This document shows positions 62,201 through 64,000 of a stretch of DNA of 64,000 nt, piece after piece. Position 1 is the stretch's first letter. Every line of letters starts with the position of its first letter. The notes beneath the pieces are model-generated. The model ran no database searches. It saw only the letters and a list, made by a program, of their open reading frames with translations, and was not told the origin of the DNA. The translations under genes and the position numbers were made by a program. Source of the DNA: the human T2T-CHM13v2.0 reference genome, Homo sapiens; NCBI RefSeq assembly GCF_009914755.1, contig NC_060948.1; one strand, written 5' to 3'.

Positions 62201-64000
62201 TGCAGAACTTAGTGGTGAGTTTTACACACTTAAAGGTGTTATGTCCAGAGTTTTTTCCTTCAGATGTGTCCAGAGTTTCTTCCTTCTGGCAGGTTCATGG
62301 TCTTGCTCACTTTAAGAATGAAGCTGCAGACCTTAGTGGTGAGTGTTACAACACTTAAAGATGTTATTTACAGAGTTTTTTCCTTCAGATGTGTCCAGAG
62401 TTTCTTCCTTCTGGCAGGTTCATGGTCTTGCTCACTTCAAGAATGAAGATGCAGACCTTTACGGTGAGTGTTACAGCACATAAAGGTGTTATATCCAGAG
62501 TTTGTTCCTTCAGATGTGTCCAGAGTTTCTTCCTTCTGGCAGGTTCATGGTCTTGCTCACTTCAAGAATGAAGCTGCAGTCCTTTACGGTGAGTGTTACA
62601 TCATTTAAAGGTGTTATGTCCAGAGTTTTTTACATCAGATTTGTCTAGATTTCCTTCCTTCTGGGAGTTTCATGGACTTGCTCATTTCAAGAATGAAGCT
62701 GCAGACCTTAGTGGTGAGTTTTACAGCACTTAAAGCTGTTATGTCCAGAGTTTGTTCCTTCAGATGTGTCCAGAGTTTCTTCCTTCTCCAGGTTCATGGT
62801 TTGCTCACTTCAAGAATGAAGCTGCAGACCTTAGTGGTGAGCGTTACAGCAGTTAAGTTTTTATGTCCAGAGTTTGTTCCTTCAGATAAGTCCAGAGTTT
62901 CTTCCTTCTGGCAGGTTCATGGTCTTGCTCACTTCAAGAATGAAGCTGCGGACCTTAGTGGTGAGCGTTACATCACTTAAGTTTTTATGTCCAGAGTTTG
63001 TTCCTTCAGATAAGTCCAGAGTTTCTTCCTTCTGGCAGGTTCATGGTCTTGCTCACTTCAAGAATGAAGCTGCAGACCTTTACGGTGAGTGTTACAGCAT
63101 TTAAAGGTGTTATGTCCATTGTTTGTTCCTTCAGATGTGTCCACTTTCTTCCTTCTGGCAGGTTCATGGTCTTGCTCAATTCAAGAATGAAACTGTAGAC
63201 CTTTACGGTGAGTGTTACAGCAATGAAAGATGCTATGTCCAGAGTTTGTTCCTTCAGATGTGTCCAGAGTTTCTTCCTTCTGGCAGGTTCATGGTCTAGC
63301 TCACTTCAAGAATGAAACTGCAGACCTTTACGGTGAGTGTTACGGCATTTAAAGGTGTTATGTCCAGAGTTTGTTCCTTCAGATGTGTCCAGAGTTTCCT
63401 CCTTCTGGCAGGTTCATGGTCTTGCTCACTTCAAGAATGAAGCTGCAGACCTTAGTGGTGAGCGTTACAGCACTTAAGTTTTTATGTCCAGAGTTTGTTC
63501 CTTCAGATAAGTCCAGAGATTCTTCCTTCTGGCACGTCCATGGTCTTGCTCACTTCAAGAATGAAACTGCAGACCCTTACGGTGAATGTTACAGCACTAA
63601 AAATTGTTATGTCTAGAGTTTCTTCCTTCATATGTGTCCAGTTTCTTCCTTCTGGAAGGTTCATGGTCTTGCTCACTTCAAGAATGAAACTGTAGACCTT
63701 TACGGTGAGTGTTACAGCACTGAAAGATGTTATTTCCAGAGTTTGTTCCTTCAGATGTGTCCAGTGTTTCTTCCTTCTGGCAGGTTCATGGTCTTGCTCA
63801 CTTCAAGAAAGAAGCTGCAGAACTTAGTGGTGAGTTTTACAGCACTTAAAGGTGTTATATCCAGAGTTTGTTCCTTCAGATGTGTCCAGAGTTTCTTCCT
63901 TCTGGCAGGTTCATGGTCTTGCTCACTTCAAGAATGAAGCTGCAGACCTTAGTGGTGAGTGTTACAACACTTAAAGATGTTATTTACAGAGTTTGTTCCT
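50200..64000. repeat. Satellite sub-domain 5: rich in 123/124-bp monomers, lacking the 129-bp monomer
   Basis: Markers TAAGTTTTTATG+CAGATAAGTCC, GTCCAGTTTCTTCC+ACTGTAGACC+GAAAGATG, GAGTTCCTTCCTTCTGGGAG and GACGCGGCAG (54228, 54476, 56347, 59954). I found no AAGAAAGAATG insertion after ~50110. Confidence 0.65.

Larger units (their letters stand above)
1..64000. repeat. DYZ19: 125-bp tandem satellite array (~510 monomers), most likely the Y-chromosomal DYZ19 satellite; array runs off both ends of the window
   Basis: Seen: a 125-bp period throughout (e.g. near-identical ORFs start at 7310, 7435, 7560 and at 59137, 59262, 59387, 59512, 59637), with minor 123/124/126/129-bp variants and no unique sequence. 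Established knowledge (recall): DYZ19 is a 125-bp-monomer heterochromatic array on Yq derived from an LTR12B fragment. The satellite call is near certain; the DYZ19 name and species are not verified by search. Confidence 0.9.
1..64000 (-). mobile_element. Monomer derived from the ERV9/LTR12-family LTR 3' (U5) region, LTR sense on the minus strand; amplified fragment, not an intact LTR or provirus
   Basis: The minus-strand monomer GACCATGAACCTGCCAGAAGGAAGAAACTCTGGACACATCTGAAGGAACAAACTCTGGACATAACACCTTTAAGTGCTGTAACACTCACCGTAAAGGTCTGCAGCTTCATTCTTGAAGTGAGCAA matches LTR12 3'-end motifs as I recall them (CCAGAAGGAAGAAACTCC..., GAAGGAACAAACTCC..., CTGTAACACTCACCGCG..., GCTTCATTCTTGAAGT). No U3 CCAAT/GATA enhancer repeats, PBS or gag/pol/env are visible. 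Confidence 0.85.

Noticed and set aside
59-63937. Hundreds of 60-159 aa ORFs (MFLQMCPEFLPSGRFMVLLTSRMKLQ...) that look like a tandem peptide gene family
   Set aside because: 125 is not a multiple of 3, so each ORF rotates through frames and ends at the same repeat-encoded stop. The ORFs overlap in all + frames, many use TTG/GTG starts, and stops and frameshifts are freely tolerated. The longer ORFs arise only where indel monomers bypass the stop.
1-64000. CRISPR-like or cassette/diversity-generating array
   Set aside because: There are no unique spacers; the entire period is homologous between units. No cas, integrase, recombinase or reverse transcriptase gene is present.
1-64000. Alpha satellite, mouse minor satellite, HSat or 5S rDNA/tRNA array
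   Set aside because: The period is 125 bp (not 171 or 120). I see no CENP-B box, no (CATTC)n, and no 5S or tRNA sequence or pol III boxes.
1-64000. Intact ERV9 provirus or functional LTR12 promoter
   Set aside because: Only a U5-like fragment is present; no U3 enhancer repeats, TATA/polyA region, PBS or internal genes.

Overview
The whole 64-kb window is one uninterrupted head-to-tail satellite array of about 510 copies of a 125-bp monomer, all in the same orientation. By-eye consensus (+ strand): TTGCTCACTTCAAGAATGAAGCTGCAGACCTTTACGGTGAGTGTTACAGCACTTAAAGGTGTTATGTCCAGAGTTTGTTCCTTCAGATGTGTCCAGAGTTTCTTCCTTCTGGCAGGTTCATGGTC (~45% GC, T-rich, one CpG). Its reverse complement resembles the 3' (U5) part of the primate ERV9 LTR (LTR12 family). 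A 125-bp LTR12-derived satellite fits the Y-linked DYZ19 block (human Yq11 or a great-ape orthologue). That identification is from recall, not from a search. I see no genes, RNA genes, CRISPR array or inserted transposons; all listed ORFs are artefacts of the repeat. I found no new gene system. What is worth a second look is the internal architecture: linked diagnostic variants define degenerate higher-order repeats, four to five sub-family domains in an apparently layered arrangement, kb-scale block duplications, one exact 250-bp duplication and recombinant junctions. Internal boundaries were placed by eye and are approximate.
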